Source: Epiperipatus broadwayi (Eukaryota; Animalia; Onychophora). Taken from it: a DNA stretch of 64,000 bases. Shown here piece by piece: positions 1 to 13,054 of the stretch; position 1 is the first letter of the stretch; the number at the start of each line of letters is the position of its first letter. A program made the translations under genes and the position numbers. The stretch covers positions 18,290,001 through 18,354,000 of the forward strand of contig JAQFVV010000008.1 in NCBI GenBank assembly GCA_028023455.1, in the 5' to 3' direction. The notes beneath the pieces are model-generated. The model searched no databases and was not told where the DNA came from. It saw nothing but the letters and a program-made list of their open reading frames with translations.

Positions 1-718
1 TTTTTATGGGGAATCTATTTCATAATAAATTATAAGAATGGAAAGAAATTAAAAGAACAGAAACAGGTAGCAATTCAGTTTACTAATATATATATATATT
101 CTAATAATTTTAATAAGCCTATAAATAATTTACAGTTATTAAATATATAGAGCTGAAATTACAAATCTATATTATGGAATTAGTTGCTCCATGAATAAGT
201 TTACATTATGAGCATTACATATATAAAAACCATCATTTATTTATGGAGTTATTAAACTTATTAAAATTTTATCTAGTTTATTATTTGAAACTGTAAACTG
301 GTTTCATTAATAATGATCAAAAATTAAGAGCTAATATAAAGTTTCATCATTTAAAAGTATTTTTAAAATAAAGAATGAAATGTCTGGTTTTTGCCACTAT
401 TAAATACATTCTGGATAATGTTCTTTTTCTTCAGCAATTTTTTTTTTCTTATAGAAATATAATAATGGTCTTGTTATCAAGAAATTAGGATATCTTTAAT
501 TGGTTTGTTGTTTTTAAATCAGTATGTTCTAAAATTTTGGTAAAACTTTTACCATTACACACAGAAAATATTTTATTATGGAAAATACTGCACATCAAAC
601 TCAGAAAGAATAACAAAAGAATAAAATATACATGGTTTCAACATAAACTGAAGAAATTTTATTAACATATATAATTATGTACAACACTCTGTGAAGGAAA
701 AATAGCTATCAATGTATT

Positions 719-815
719 TTTTTTTTATATATGTCAAATGCATTGACTGGGAAGCGAACCCAGGCCAGCTGCTTGGAAGGCAACTATGCTAACCAATAGG
801 CTACCAATGCTTGAC
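719..815 (-). mobile_element. tRNA-Gly(TCC)-derived SINE, copy 1
   Basis: Reverse strand reads GTCAAGCATTGGTAGCC..GGTTAGCATAGTTGCCTTCCAAGCAGCTGGCCTGGGTTCGCTTCCCAGTCAATGCATTTGACAT plus an A tail. 19-bp TSD AAATAGCTATCAATGTATT at 700-718 and 816-834. Confidence 0.85.
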
Positions 816-1982
816 AAATAGCTATCAATGTATTGTAAAAAAAATTTACAATTTTTTTTTTTTAATGTGTCACATATGGTGCTCACAGAGAAAAAATAGT
901 TGCTCGAATATCATAAAATGCATAAGTTTCAATGGTTTTTTTGTTAGCTTATTTACATTTTTGTTTGTTTATTGCTTTGGATAGTGTATAATTGAAATTA
1001 TGTAGTAAAATACAGCATATTTTGCAGTTCCACTGTTTTCACATATATACAATATATTTATAATTTTCAAACATTTTTTTTAAAGATACAATCTCAAGTA
1101 TATATATATTGTTTTATGCTTTCTTACCTGCTCTAAATAGATAAAAAGAAAAAATAGGTTTTAGTATTTCATAAGCAAAAATAGAAGAAAGAAAATTTTA
1201 ATAACTTCATGCTTTCAAAAATAAATAAATAAATTCTTGTAATGATTTAAAAAAAATATTTTTTTTATATAAAACTGTTAGCATAATTTTATAAGGATAT
1301 TATTAAAATTATTTTTTATTTAATAAATTTTAAAAGTATAAGATATGATAGAACAATATTCTACAATAAAATCTAAATTCCATTACCATATTCATATTTT
1401 TAAAAAATGTGTATTAAATTTTTAAATCACTTTGAATGTTTTTTAAGAGATTGGTCATCCCAGATATTAATGACACCTTCATGAAAGTACATATTCACAC
1501 TGACTAAATGACATGCTGAATAAAAACCTGCTATTACATCTAAATATTAATTAAAAATACATTAAAAAATTATTAATTGGACAAAAATATTTTCATTCTT
1601 TTTAATGCTATAAAGTAATTGAATTAATATGCCTGGTCAATATGAGTATACTTCTTTTTAACTTTTTCTAATTTAACATTATAGGCTACAAGACAAAATT
1701 CAGAATTGAATTGTTCTAATGAATCTTGAACTTATTTTTTTCTTATAAAACAGAAAGCTAAAAAAAAGTCAAAATAAATCTTAATCATTAACATCTTTAA
1801 AATACATTTTTAAAAATTTATTGTATTATTTAATTAATTGAGCTTAAAAAATTACTAAAGAATTACTACAAAAATGCATTAAAAAATGATGAACTGCAAA
1901 CTCTAATGATTAATTTATTGAAAAAAGAGAAAACTGAGATGTGATTTTATTTGTCAAATCATGGTTGAATTACAACTATAGA

Positions 1983-2081
1983 AGTCAAGCTTTGGTGGCC
2001 TTGTGGTTAGGATAGCTGCCTTCCAGCAGTTGGCCCGGGTTCACCTCCCAGTCAACGCTTTGGCACATGAAAAAAAAAAAC
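1983..2081 (+). mobile_element. tRNA-Gly(TCC)-derived SINE, copy 2
   Basis: Same body with a poly-A tail. 13-bp TSD TTACAACTATAGA at 1970-1982 and 2082-2094. Confidence 0.85.
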
Positions 2082-2420
2082 TTACAACTATAGATTATCT
2101 ACTAAAATAACAACTTTGCAAATAAAAATATTTTATGAGATTCAATTAGTTATATGAAATTTTCAATAAAAAATAAATATTTTATCATTATTTGAGAGTT
2201 ATGTATTGTTGTAAATTCTTTAAAATTACTAATAAAGGAAAACATATGCCTGAAGACAGATAGAGTAACTAGAAAATATTATATTATGCCCAAGTCATAT
2301 CACTTGATCATCATCAATAGCAGTTTACCATTGCTCACATCTTCTTACTACAATTTATATTACAACTGCAACACAAGCTTTAATAAGAACTTTAACATTA
2401 TTAATATATACATATAAGAT

Positions 2421-2957
2421 ATGAGAATTTAATTCCTGTAATGGGAGTGTGGTGTCACACGTGATCTAATTGTATCAAAATTACTGAGTAATGAACTATC
2501 GTGTTTGAACATGTTTAAGTTAACATGTGTGGAAAATTTTAAGCTGATGGAGGTAGTTGTTAGTTAGCTATTGGAAAGATAATAAATATCTGTGTGTATC
2601 CTTTGACATACAAATGGATGATCAAAAGTCATAGTGCATTAATTGTGAAAGACTTTTTGATCAAAAAATCAATTACAAAACTAGCCTATCCTGCCTATTC
2701 ACCTGACTTAGCTCCCTGTAATTTCCAAAATTAAAAACTGTGTTGAGATCTCAGGTTGAAAATTTTCTACTATAAGTGAGAGAGCTGCTCAATAGTATTC
2801 CAGAAATGAGTTCCAAGTGTGTACTTTCAGAAATGGGAATATCATTTTAATAAGAGTATAGTTGCACAAGGGACTATTTTGAAGGTGACAGTAGCTATTA
2901 GTATAGACTTCCACATGTATATTTTATGAAGGTGCATTCCGAGAATTAAATTGTCAT
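2421..2957 (+). mobile_element. Internally deleted mariner (Tc1/mariner) remnant
   Basis: Encodes YSPDLAPCNF (about 2696-2725) and FQKWEYHFNKSIVAQGDYFEGD (to about 2889), both mariner transposase C-terminal motifs. Degenerate TIRs: ATGAGAATTTAATTCCTGTAATG versus revcomp ATGACAATTTAATTCTCGGAATG. Confidence 0.75.
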
Positions 2958-3166
2958 TTTTTTAAAAAAAAAAAAATTTTAATTTGTCATTAATATTTAC
3001 CACCACAGCTTTCACATACACACACATCCATATATATCTTGTGTATAGTCTTCAATAATGAAATTTAGATGAAGACACATTAATATTTTTCTACTCTAAT
3101 TAAAATTTAGTACAGTACTTTAAAATGTAATTATTATTTTTTTTATTAAAAAAGAAAAAAAATTAC

Positions 3167-3229
3167 CTTGCTTTTTAGGTAACTGAATCCCATACATCTG
3201 ATAAAACTGCTTCCGATGAGATTCTTCTT
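3167..3229 (-). CDS. PCGF1: PCGF gene, third identified coding exon (63 nt, phase 1-1): (K)EESHRKQFYQMYGIQLPKKQ
   Basis: Acceptor TTTTATTGCAG and donor AG|GTAATT. Continues the frame of exon 20615-20767 and matches the post-RING helix of PCGF proteins (E..R..FY..G). Family-level call is firm; PCGF1 orthology is inferred. Confidence 0.8.
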
Positions 3230-5849
3230 CTGCAATAAAATATACATATATATGCATAATCCTAATTCAGCACTTTATACTCTAGCAAGTATAATTATAA
3301 AGATGCCATGAGGAAAAAATAAAATAAAATGTTTGAATTTAGAAGGAGCTTTAAAATGTTTTCAATTGATTAAGAATTTTTAAGCAAACCTAGAATTATC
3401 TTTGGATAATCTATCCATAACCAATGGAGCTATCTAATTATTATTACAATAAGTGTGGACATACTGACAGTAAACAAAAATTACTATAATATAATCCCAC
3501 TTTATTACTGTTAAGGTAATAGTTTAAATTATCATAAGATCAGGACTAAACTTTTTTGTATATTAAGCTGCAGAAAGAGAAATTATACTAACCTTATTAT
3601 ACTTGGGAAAGAGAACTTATAATAACCTTATTATACTTGCTTTAATATGGTTACATAACAACTAATTAAATCAGTACTTATGGATTAAGGCTCTCCTAAA
3701 AAGTTTCTAAAGTATTTTAAAAAACAAAGTTATGAGCAATGAAGACTCACTATGGACAGACAAAGAACAATAAAACATAAACAGCAAACAATGATGTAAA
3801 ATACTCTAAAACAAAATTGGTTAGATTGAAGGATAGTACAATCCCATATGATAAAACAAATCAGAACTACATTTGATGAAAAAGTGTTTTTACCTAAGCT
3901 GTTTTTGATTGAGAAATGGAAGACAGATACCATTCTTATCTTTCTAGTACTTATCTAAAGTAAATATAACATTGAAAGTAAAAACATTACCATACAGAGA
4001 CATTTATGTTTTTAGCTTATCATTCCTATAAGGTATCAAAAGCTTTATCTGTAAAATCATTTCACTATCACTAGCTTATTTCTAATTTAGATTTATAAAA
4101 GTTTTTAATTTTGTATTCTACTTTACAATTTTAATTTTGAAATAACTTCACCCTTGAGTAACAAGTCCTCATTACCCTCTAAATAACATGGTTGTTCGAT
4201 TATCAACAAAACAATGTGAATTATAGTAGCCTATGCAGTAAAGTTCACATCTTCTAATTGCTTCATAAATAAGTTAAAAAGTTTACGCATGATTGCCATC
4301 ATTTCTTTTACCAAAGCAATAACTACTTGCAAATGGAAAATCTTGCTAATAAAGAAATCATGTAAATAGAATTTATTTTATCAAATTAATTACACTTTAG
4401 TTATTGCTCTTAAATGTAATATATTCTCTCCTATTTTTTGAATGTGTGATGAAAATAATCATAAATATATATATAACCATGATTAAAATTGAACGTTGAA
4501 AAAAAATCTTCAAATTTTTTCAATATGTCCTAAACATTTTCATATATATATATTTGAAAGACAAATTAGATTATTGTCCCATTCATAATTCAAATATACT
4601 TCTGGTCTATTCTAGATTGAATTATGTCTTATAACAAAAAATAGAACTGCCATATTTAACACAGTCTATAAAGCCAAAAAAATTAATTTTATAACCAACT
4701 TGGTTAAAAGTCAAGAGTAACTGAATAACTAACCGTTCTATCTTCGTTCAGTTAAAGAAGCAATGTTTTGGCCACTTGGATGATAATTTAAAATAAAATA
4801 TTTATTTTTAAAATGGGTACAGACAAACTTCTACTTTTGAATGCAATATATATAAATAAATAACACATTTGTAGGAGGAAAAATATGTTTTAAAACTGGA
4901 AATATTATTAAAAGTAAATAGGAGAGTATTAGATTATTAATTCATTAGTGAACAGACTTTAAATAATAAGATATTCAGAATTTTCACATTTGTCTGTTTT
5001 TAAACAAATATTTAAAAAATGAATGCATCTACTACAATAATGAAAGTAATAAAATATGTTTTGAAGATAATCTAAACAATATATAACAAAAGGATCAAAA
5101 AAAAAAAAGATCATGATTTTTTCATTCCAATCAGCTCAAAGTCTGAATAAAAATTTTTTAAAAAACTTTGATTTTTCAAAAAGTTAATTTAGTTCAAGAA
5201 AGCATCACTAGAGTAACGCAATTTTAAATAAAGTATTGATAAAATCACTTAACTAAATTGTGTCTCTGCAGTATTTTTTTATTTTAAAATTTAAGACTTG
5301 CTCTTTTGTTTTTCTATTATAAGTAATCTATAAAAATCTGTAAATAAAAGAAATGAGCTAACTATACTACTTTAGTGTGCATTGAATGGCTTGGATCCAT
5401 TTTGCTTTGTACTCTTTAAATCATTGTTTAATGATTTGTTTTTGAAGTACTGTATATTCACAAATGATGAAGAATTTGATTTCGGAACAGATTTAGGTTA
5501 CGTTTATTACAGTCCTTAAATAGTTTTAATATTCTAAATTTTGTTAAAAAAATATTTCTTTAATAATAATAATATACCATTAGTAACAAAATTTTATTCA
5601 ATACAAACTTGCAAAAAGTATTATGCTTATATTCATATGGCAGCATTCCTAAAAAGCTACAGACATTGCAACTCCAAGAAAAGGAAAACTATTCTATAGA
5701 GATGACTAACACAAATACACTAAAATACCTATTTTTCTATTGATTTAATATTTTATGATGCCGTTTTTTAATTTATATTCAGCAGAAAACTTTTCTTTCT
5801 GAAATACTTCAACACACTTTCTAATTATAGCATTCTAATATAATCTATT

Positions 5850-7825
5850 TTCTGTCATATCTTCCCAATGAAAATAATCATCATTGAATCTCTTTAAAAT
5901 GACTTTAAGATATTCCTATAATGCAAATGAGGTCTATCCCTCCCACAATAAGTTAACCATAAAAGACCTTTTTAGAGATTCTTGCATTTTTCATTTGTTT
6001 TACATGTCTAATCCAATAATGGTGTGATTTTATATACTGATTGGTTTTATAATATTGCCAATGTATTTTTTAAGACTTTATGGTTCATCTTTCAGTAAAA
6101 CTTTTCTAATGTCTTTATAGTGCATCACTAGAATATCCAAATCTCATTTCCATATGATAAACTAAATAATAGTTCTCTATATAGTTAATTTAGCTGGAAT
6201 AGTTAAGTCCCAGTAGTTATCTTATTAAAAGCAACAGAACATTGGAGAGTCTGTGTTGCACCTTAGTATCTAAATATACCTTTATACTAATACAATTATG
6301 AAGATATTTAAATTGGTTTACATTCTCAAGTTATAAACCATCCAAGCTAAAAATTGTTGAGAATTTTTCTTTTATCATTGTCTGATAAAAGAATATGAAT
6401 TTTTTGAACATTAATTACTAAATCAAAGTCATTATATGTTACACCTAAAATATTAAGTACATTCTGTATATAATCTTTTGAACTAGCAAAAATAGCACAA
6501 TCATTAGCATACCATAAATAAAAAATCCAAAAAGAAGAGTTCTTGTTTTTACTTTTAATCTATTAAAATTAAAGATTTTACCATCAAGCCTATATTATGT
6601 CTTGAACCCTGGTTCATTAAGCTGCTATATACAGTTTCAAAACCATTGCCATAAAAATAAAAAATAATGTTTTAGCAAGTGCACATAACTATATAATAAC
6701 AATTTTCATTTCAAATGACTCAGATTTTTCATCTGTAATAACAACACTTCCTTTCATTTCATTGTATAGAAGCTATAAAATATGAAAAAAACTTTGGCAG
6801 TCAAGCAACTAATTTCAAACAAGGCCATAGACATGTTCAATTAATTGAATCAAATGCTTTGACTAAATTAGTAAAAACAATATATAAATCATTCATAGGT
6901 TCCTAATACTTTTTTTGCATTTATCTGACAATAAAAATATATCTATAAGATTTTTTGATTTACTAAAATCATAATGAGTCTCTGCTAACCATTCAATTAT
7001 GATAGAAAAGAACCTATTCAACAAAATCATTGAAAACAATTTTGCAGTTGTGGATTACTGCTACAACAGAAATATCCTTAATATCAGATTTTATAACTTC
7101 ATGAGTTCATATATTACTAAAAAAATTCTAACATTAGTGAACATATCATTACCAATATTTAAAAACTTCAAGTATTTCATCAGAACCTGAAACTTTTCCA
7201 GTTTTAAGATTACAAAGTGTTGTTTTGACTTCACTAAGCTAAACATCTTTACCCAAATTTAAATAAGTATATAAAATGGATATGTAATTAAAAGTTATCT
7301 CAATTCTTATATCATTATTTAAATAATGATCAAAATACTCCTACTACCTGTTTAAAAAAGAAAAGAAAATGTCATTGCTGGATTTAATGAAATTGTGATA
7401 CTATTTATCATGTCCATATAATTGTTTTCAGTGCATCGAAAAAAAAACAACTAAAGTATGATCAACCAATGTCAATCTTCTTTGCAGTTTTAATCTACTC
7501 ATTATTTTTAAACCTTCCTATCAATCTTTGAACTTTGACTTTTAAACTGTATATTTATTATGAAGCTCTGCATTCAATTTACTATTCTACTGAGCAGAAA
7601 ATGTTCTTTTTAATCAAATCACTAATAATAAATTGTCAGAAAACCAGTCATGATTTTTTTTGTTAGTGAACCCAAGAGTAGATTTATTTGTATTAGTAAC
7701 TTACTCCTTAAGAGAATTCTATGCTCAATCATTTGATAATCTGAAAGTCCAAATATTTAATTTTAGTGTTTAATAATTGCCGAAATTTAATATGTATAAT
7801 AGTTATCTCTGCACGTATGTATAAT
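5850..7825 (-). mobile_element. Decayed RTE-clade LINE, 3' part (linker and RT)
   Basis: Minus-strand remnants LGFTNKKNHDWFSDN (linker), DLYIVFTNLVKAFDSIN, WYANDCAIFA (YADD-like), LENVNQFKYL and WIRHVKQMKNARISKKVFYG, with many stops and frameshifts. Left boundary approximate. Confidence 0.75.
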
Positions 7826-8499
7826 TGTTATGTCTGCACATTACTTAATTTTATGATCCGGATTCTTATCGGGGAGCTTTACTGTTTTGAATTCCAATAG
7901 TTTACCCAATAATGACTCAACACTACTTTGGTTAAATCCAATACATTTAATAAATTTAACTCACAATAATTTAATATATTAGCTGACAATAATTATTAGA
8001 GTAACTTTACATTTTATATACATATAAAGGTCGTTCCATCCTGTTTAGTCCCTAGCTTGCTTTCTTACATCTGAAAGCAAGCTCTGCACTCTAGAAATTA
8101 CTGGGCAACAGGTGATGTCCAGTACCCACTGAGCTATTTTACTTTTTCTCCTCCAACTTGCATGTCTACTTTATTGTTTTCTTCCTACAGTTGATTGTCT
8201 GGTATTCCCACTCATCAGATAAGATAGTTATTTCTCTAAGTGCACACATATTGAATTCCAGAATATTTTACCTTTTGTTAACTTTAATTAATGAGCTATT
8301 ATGAGATTCAAATTCTTGTTATCAACAACAGAGATCGGACTCTCATTCCTTTAATTATTATAAGTACATTTTTATCTCATTATTTTCTAATTATTTTTTA
8401 GTTCCATATTCAGATAAATCTTTTAATTCTACATTTATTTATTATTTATTTACTATTACATTTATATGAATATGCATGTACCCACACACATACATATCA
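7826..8499 (-). repeat. 3' LTR of Gypsy element 1 (674 bp)
   Basis: Direct repeat of 12272-13049, TGTTATGTC...CATATCA on the plus strand. Confidence 0.9.
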
Positions 8500-8689
8500 T
8501 TACTTCCCCAAGGTTTGGAGATTAGTTTTTAGTTTTTGAACTTAATATATAATCACTGAGATACTTTGGGGTTTTAATTTGTCTTTTAACATGATGTTGA
8601 GGGATAATTTCCTCCTCACTTGTTGTGTTGTCTCTTAACATGCTTGATTACAGTCCATTGTCATGGATATTGTTTGTTTCTATTTTATT

Positions 8690-11100
8690 TTATCATTGCA
8701 TCTTTGCTTCAGTCTCTACTGAGTCTAACATAGGTATTAGGTCCATGCTTTCATCTTTCCGGAGTTGATTTACATGCTTTGTTAATATTTTCACATAGTT
8801 CATGCGCATTGTCATAACTTGTTTTGAATGATACCGAATCACAACTCCCTGCATCCAACAGTTATTTATTTTGTTCATGACTCATACTCTTTCTTGAGGT
8901 TTAAATTTATATAAACAGCTGTGTTGCTTGTTTTAATCTATTTCTGTTAATTTTGTGCATAGCTTTCTTCCTAAGTATAATACAGCTGGTGATTTTCCAG
9001 ATTTGGCAGTTGGGGTTGAATGTTAGTGAAGCAGAACTGTAAGAACTGCTCCCTGTATTTTAGTTTTACCAATTTTTCTTATAGATGATTTAAAATTTTG
9101 CACTACCCTTTCGGCCAGTCCATTTGATTGGGGGTGGTATGAAAGGTTGAGTAAGTATTTTATCCCCCATTCTTGCATCACTTCCCTGAACTTCTGTAAT
9201 GTAAACGACATTACTTTACTAAAACTAATGTTTTGGGAAATCCATGATGGGAAATATCTCGTATAGTCTGTTCAGTATTTTATCTATACTGGTGTTTCTG
9301 GTTCACCCTGAATATGAGTTGACCACTACAAAGAACAGATAACTTTCAAATGGACTGCAGTGGTCTATATGAATACGTTCCATGGCTTGTCAGCTTTTGA
9401 CCATTCTTCAAAATTGGATGGGGGTCATTTAGTGCATGACTGACAATGATTGCATTTCTTTACATATTTTTCAATGACTGCATTAACATTTGGCACCATA
9501 TATAACTATGGGCTAGTGCCTTTGCCCTAACTATGCCCGGATGACCCTCATGCAGCAACTTTAATATTTAATGTCTACCTCTGACTAGTATTAGCACCTG
9601 GTCGCTCCTCAGGATGAATCCTTTAGAGACAGACATCTGTTCATGGGCAAACCAGAGTTCCTTGTGCAGGAAACTGGGGCTTTGATTAGGCCAGCCCTCT
9701 CTGAATTGCTTTATGGTCCATTGATAGCCATCGTCTTCCTCTGTTCAATGAGATATAATTTTGCTATTAATGTTTTGATTTTACAGCATGTCTATATAGT
9801 TGATTTCGGTTTCTTTTTTGTCTGATTCACTCTGACCAGGTATACATGATAATGCATCTGTGTGCCTTATTTATTTTCCCTTTTTATATTCGAGTATGCA
9901 ATCATAGCTTGTCAGTATGTTAAGCCATCCTAACATATGAGGACTAAGATAATCAGGCAGTTTATTTCCTAAAATTCCCAGTAGGGTTTATGGTCAGTTG
10001 CTGTAGTAAATTTATGACTATACAAATATTGATGAAATTTCGTTACTCCAAATAATATTGCAAAGGCTTTCTTATCCAGATGACTATAATTTCTCTCAGT
10101 TTTGGAAAAGGTGTGCAAAGCATAGGTTATGGGTCATTCTCAGACTTCTGAAGTGTCTGAGGTCAGAGTAATGTCTAAATCGCTATTGTAATGTATCAGT
10201 AATTTTTTTTAAAGTCAATAGTGACTTTGCATATGGGAATGCTTTTTCTTCTTCTTCTTCCAATTTCCATTTCTGATTCTTTTTCAGCAGATCATACAAA
10301 AGTCTGACCATATGGGCTTTCCCTTGTAAAAAATTGTCAAAATAGTTTCCATGTTTGTAGGACTTGGTGTCGCTGCTAGGGATAATGTAGGACTTGGTGC
10401 CTCTTAGCCTTTTTGGCAGACAGAGATGTGCCATTTTCTGATATGATGTTGCTCATAAAGTTAATTTCTCTCACCTTCTAGATGCATTTTTTTGTGTTCA
10501 GCTTAGCCTCGAATTCATCTAATTTTTTGCAGACTTTGAATAAGCAACTTCTAAGTTCATTTTCAGTAGTCGCTGTCATGAGGAAGTCTTCAAAATATGG
10601 TGTAACACCCTCCAACCAATTAAGAAGGGTTTCAATTTTCAACTGAAAAATGTTAGGGGCCGATATTATCCCAAATAGGAGTCTTTTATTTTTGTATAAC
10701 CCTATGCGTGTGGTCAATAATAATATTTTGGTTGCTTCGTCTGGTATCTAATGGAAGGTAGCATTAGGATCTAATTTTGCAAAAAAAATTTATATCTGAA
10801 ATGATGCTAGTATTTCTCTAGCATTCAGAACAGGATATGCATTTTTGATAATTGCTTTACTTACTGATACTCTGTAATCGACACAGAAACAAATTTGACT
10901 ATTGGGTTTAGTTATAATTACCAGGGGCATAGCCCACTAGATTTTATAGTGGGTTCTAAATGCCTTTTTAAACTAGGTCATTGATTTCTTTCTTAACTTT
11001 TTCTTTTTGGGCAAATGGAACTTTGCCCTCTGTGCTTATTTTTAACAATACAGGCATTGTTTTAATTATCCCTGGTGCTTTCCTAAACAAGCAAGGAAAT
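8690..11100 (-). pseudogene. Fragmented pol (RT, RNase H, integrase) of Gypsy element 1
   Basis: ORF fragments GLYKNKRLLFGIISAPNIFQ...VTPYFEDFL (RT), LLHEGHPGIVRAKALAHSY (integrase Zn-binding region) and YHPQSNGLAERVVQNFK (integrase core). Confidence 0.85.
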
Positions 11101-11623
11101 TTATTTTCCATTTCTTTTCTCAATATCGACCTTTTTCACGAATGTAAGTTTGATTCCTGACTTAGGCTGATTATACATTTTAATATCCAGCATTATATTA
11201 TCATCATCAGGTCTCTACATATTTTTAGTATTAGTAAGCTGCTTCTCCTGACCCTGAAATGTATGGTTATAACTAGTTATTTCATTACTAGTTACATTAA
11301 TTTTTTTCTTGCACATTATTTCCATCTGCCCTCTTTTTTTGCAAATTTTACATCGTTCACACCTATGAAATCAATTATTGGCCTTGTTGCCATTTTTACA
11401 GTAGCAGAAACAAATAAATGGTTTTTGTGCTATAATTAGTTTGATCATTACTATTTGTAACTTCATGTTTTATAAATTTACATGTTTTACAGACTTCTGT
11501 TTTTTTTTTTTTCACTACTATTGAACTCAGAAAACTTATGAGATTGCTCTAGCATGAGTTTATAAGCTATGCTATGCTTTATGGCTTCACTGTAGTGTAA
11601 ATTGGTGAAGAACAATAATTGTT

Positions 11624-11772
11624 ATAAACAATGAGGATTGCCAATTCCTCTACAAGCTTTATGATAAATGCTTAACCAGAGCCAGCACTTAAAATATCTC
11701 TGTCAGGAATCCTCATTGTTTATAACTTATAAGCTTAAGAGATAGGGTCATGTGATCTATGACTCTTATTTT
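11624..11772 (+). mobile_element. Mini foldback insertion with Penelope-type architecture, nested in Gypsy 1
   Basis: 19-bp inverted arms at 11621-11639 and 11708-11726, a 46-bp tail containing GGTCATGTGATCTATGACT, and a 13-bp TSD AACAATAATTGTT at 11611-11623 and 11773-11785. Confidence 0.7.
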
Positions 11773-12271
11773 AACAATAATTGTTGCCTTAAAAATTGTT
11801 CAAGGAAGGCCTCATCTATGAATGGCCAGTAGATGCAATTCTTTGCAAGATTCCACAGAGAACAATCATAATCTTTAATACTCTCCTGTCTTCCCTGGTA
11901 GTGATCATGGAAATGCAGTCTGGTAACATGTCTAGAGGGATGGGGGTTGAAATAGTTTGATAGTTGCTCTCTGCAAGCCTGTTCTCAATTTCTATCACCT
12001 TTTTTTCAGCAAAGCATAATACTGTCACTATTTTGAACTTGTCATCTTCAATTATATTTATGAAAAGATACTTTTCTACATGTAAGATATACAGGGGCTA
12101 GTTATTTGACTCGCTGATGTCAAATTCTCTTATAGTAGACTGCATTTCAGAAAATCTCTCAATGCAAAAAAATCTAATTGATTAACCTTGATTCTTAGTT
12201 TGAATCAAACTGGCTGTCAATTGTTATATCCGCTAAGTGTTGGGATTCATTTTGATGGTGATTATGCCAAT

Positions 12272-13049
12272 TGTTATGTCCACACATTACATAATCTTAT
12301 GCTCCAGATGCTTATCAGAAAGTTTTACTGTTCCCTGATTGAATTCTCAGTAGTTTACTCAATAATGACTCAACACTACTTCGGTTAAATCCAGTGCATT
12401 TAATAAATTTAACTCACAATAATCTAATACTTTAGTTGATAGTAATTATTAAAGTAACTTTATATTTTACATACATATATAACATAAGCCTGTAGTTGTA
12501 CAAAATAATAATAAAGATTATTCTGACCTGTTTAATCTCTAGCTTGCTTTCTCACATCTGGAGCAAGCTCTCCATTCTAAAGCTACTGGAAAAAAGATGA
12601 CATTAAGCATCCAAATTTTAGTCCATCTGCCCACTGAGCTATTTTACTTTTTTTCTCCAACTTCCATGTCTTCTTTTATGGTTTTCTTCCTACAGCTGAC
12701 TGGCTGGTATTCCCACTCAACAGATAAGATAGTTATTTCTCTAAGTGCACACATATTGGATTCCAGAATGGTTTACCTTTTATGAGTTATTATGAGATTC
12801 AAATCCTTGTTATCAAGAACAGAAATCTGACTCTCATTCCTTTAATTATTATAAGTACATTTTTATATCATTATCACTAATTTTACTTTTTCACTATAAT
12901 TAAAATGTAATCTTTTTTCTAATCTTTTAACTTTTAATTATTTTTTAGTTCCATATTTAAAAGATAAATCTTTTAATTCTACATTTATTTTTTATTTATT
13001 TACTATTACAATTATATGTTTGGGTGTGTACCCACACACATACATATCA
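12272..13049 (-). repeat. 5' LTR of Gypsy element 1 (778 bp)
   Basis: Direct repeat of 7826-8499 with two extra internal segments. Confidence 0.9.
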
Positions 13050-13054
13050 ATAAT

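Larger units (their letters stand above)
7826..13049 (-). mobile_element. Ty3/Gypsy LTR retrotransposon 1 (full length, dead)
   Basis: Paired LTRs with TG...CA ends. 5-bp TSD ATAAT at 7821-7825 and 13050-13054. PPT GGGGAAGTAA at 8500-8509 and PBS-like TGGCATAATC at 12260-12269. Domain order is RT-RNaseH-integrase. Confidence 0.9.

Noticed and set aside
719-815. Functional tRNA-Gly genes at the four SINE loci
   Set aside because: Poly-A tails, TSDs and stem-disrupting substitutions indicate retroposed copies.
1430-1520. Possible next PCGF exon (ACHLVSVNMYFHEGVINIWDDQSL)
   Set aside because: No donor before the stop codon and no convincing similarity to PCGF sequence.
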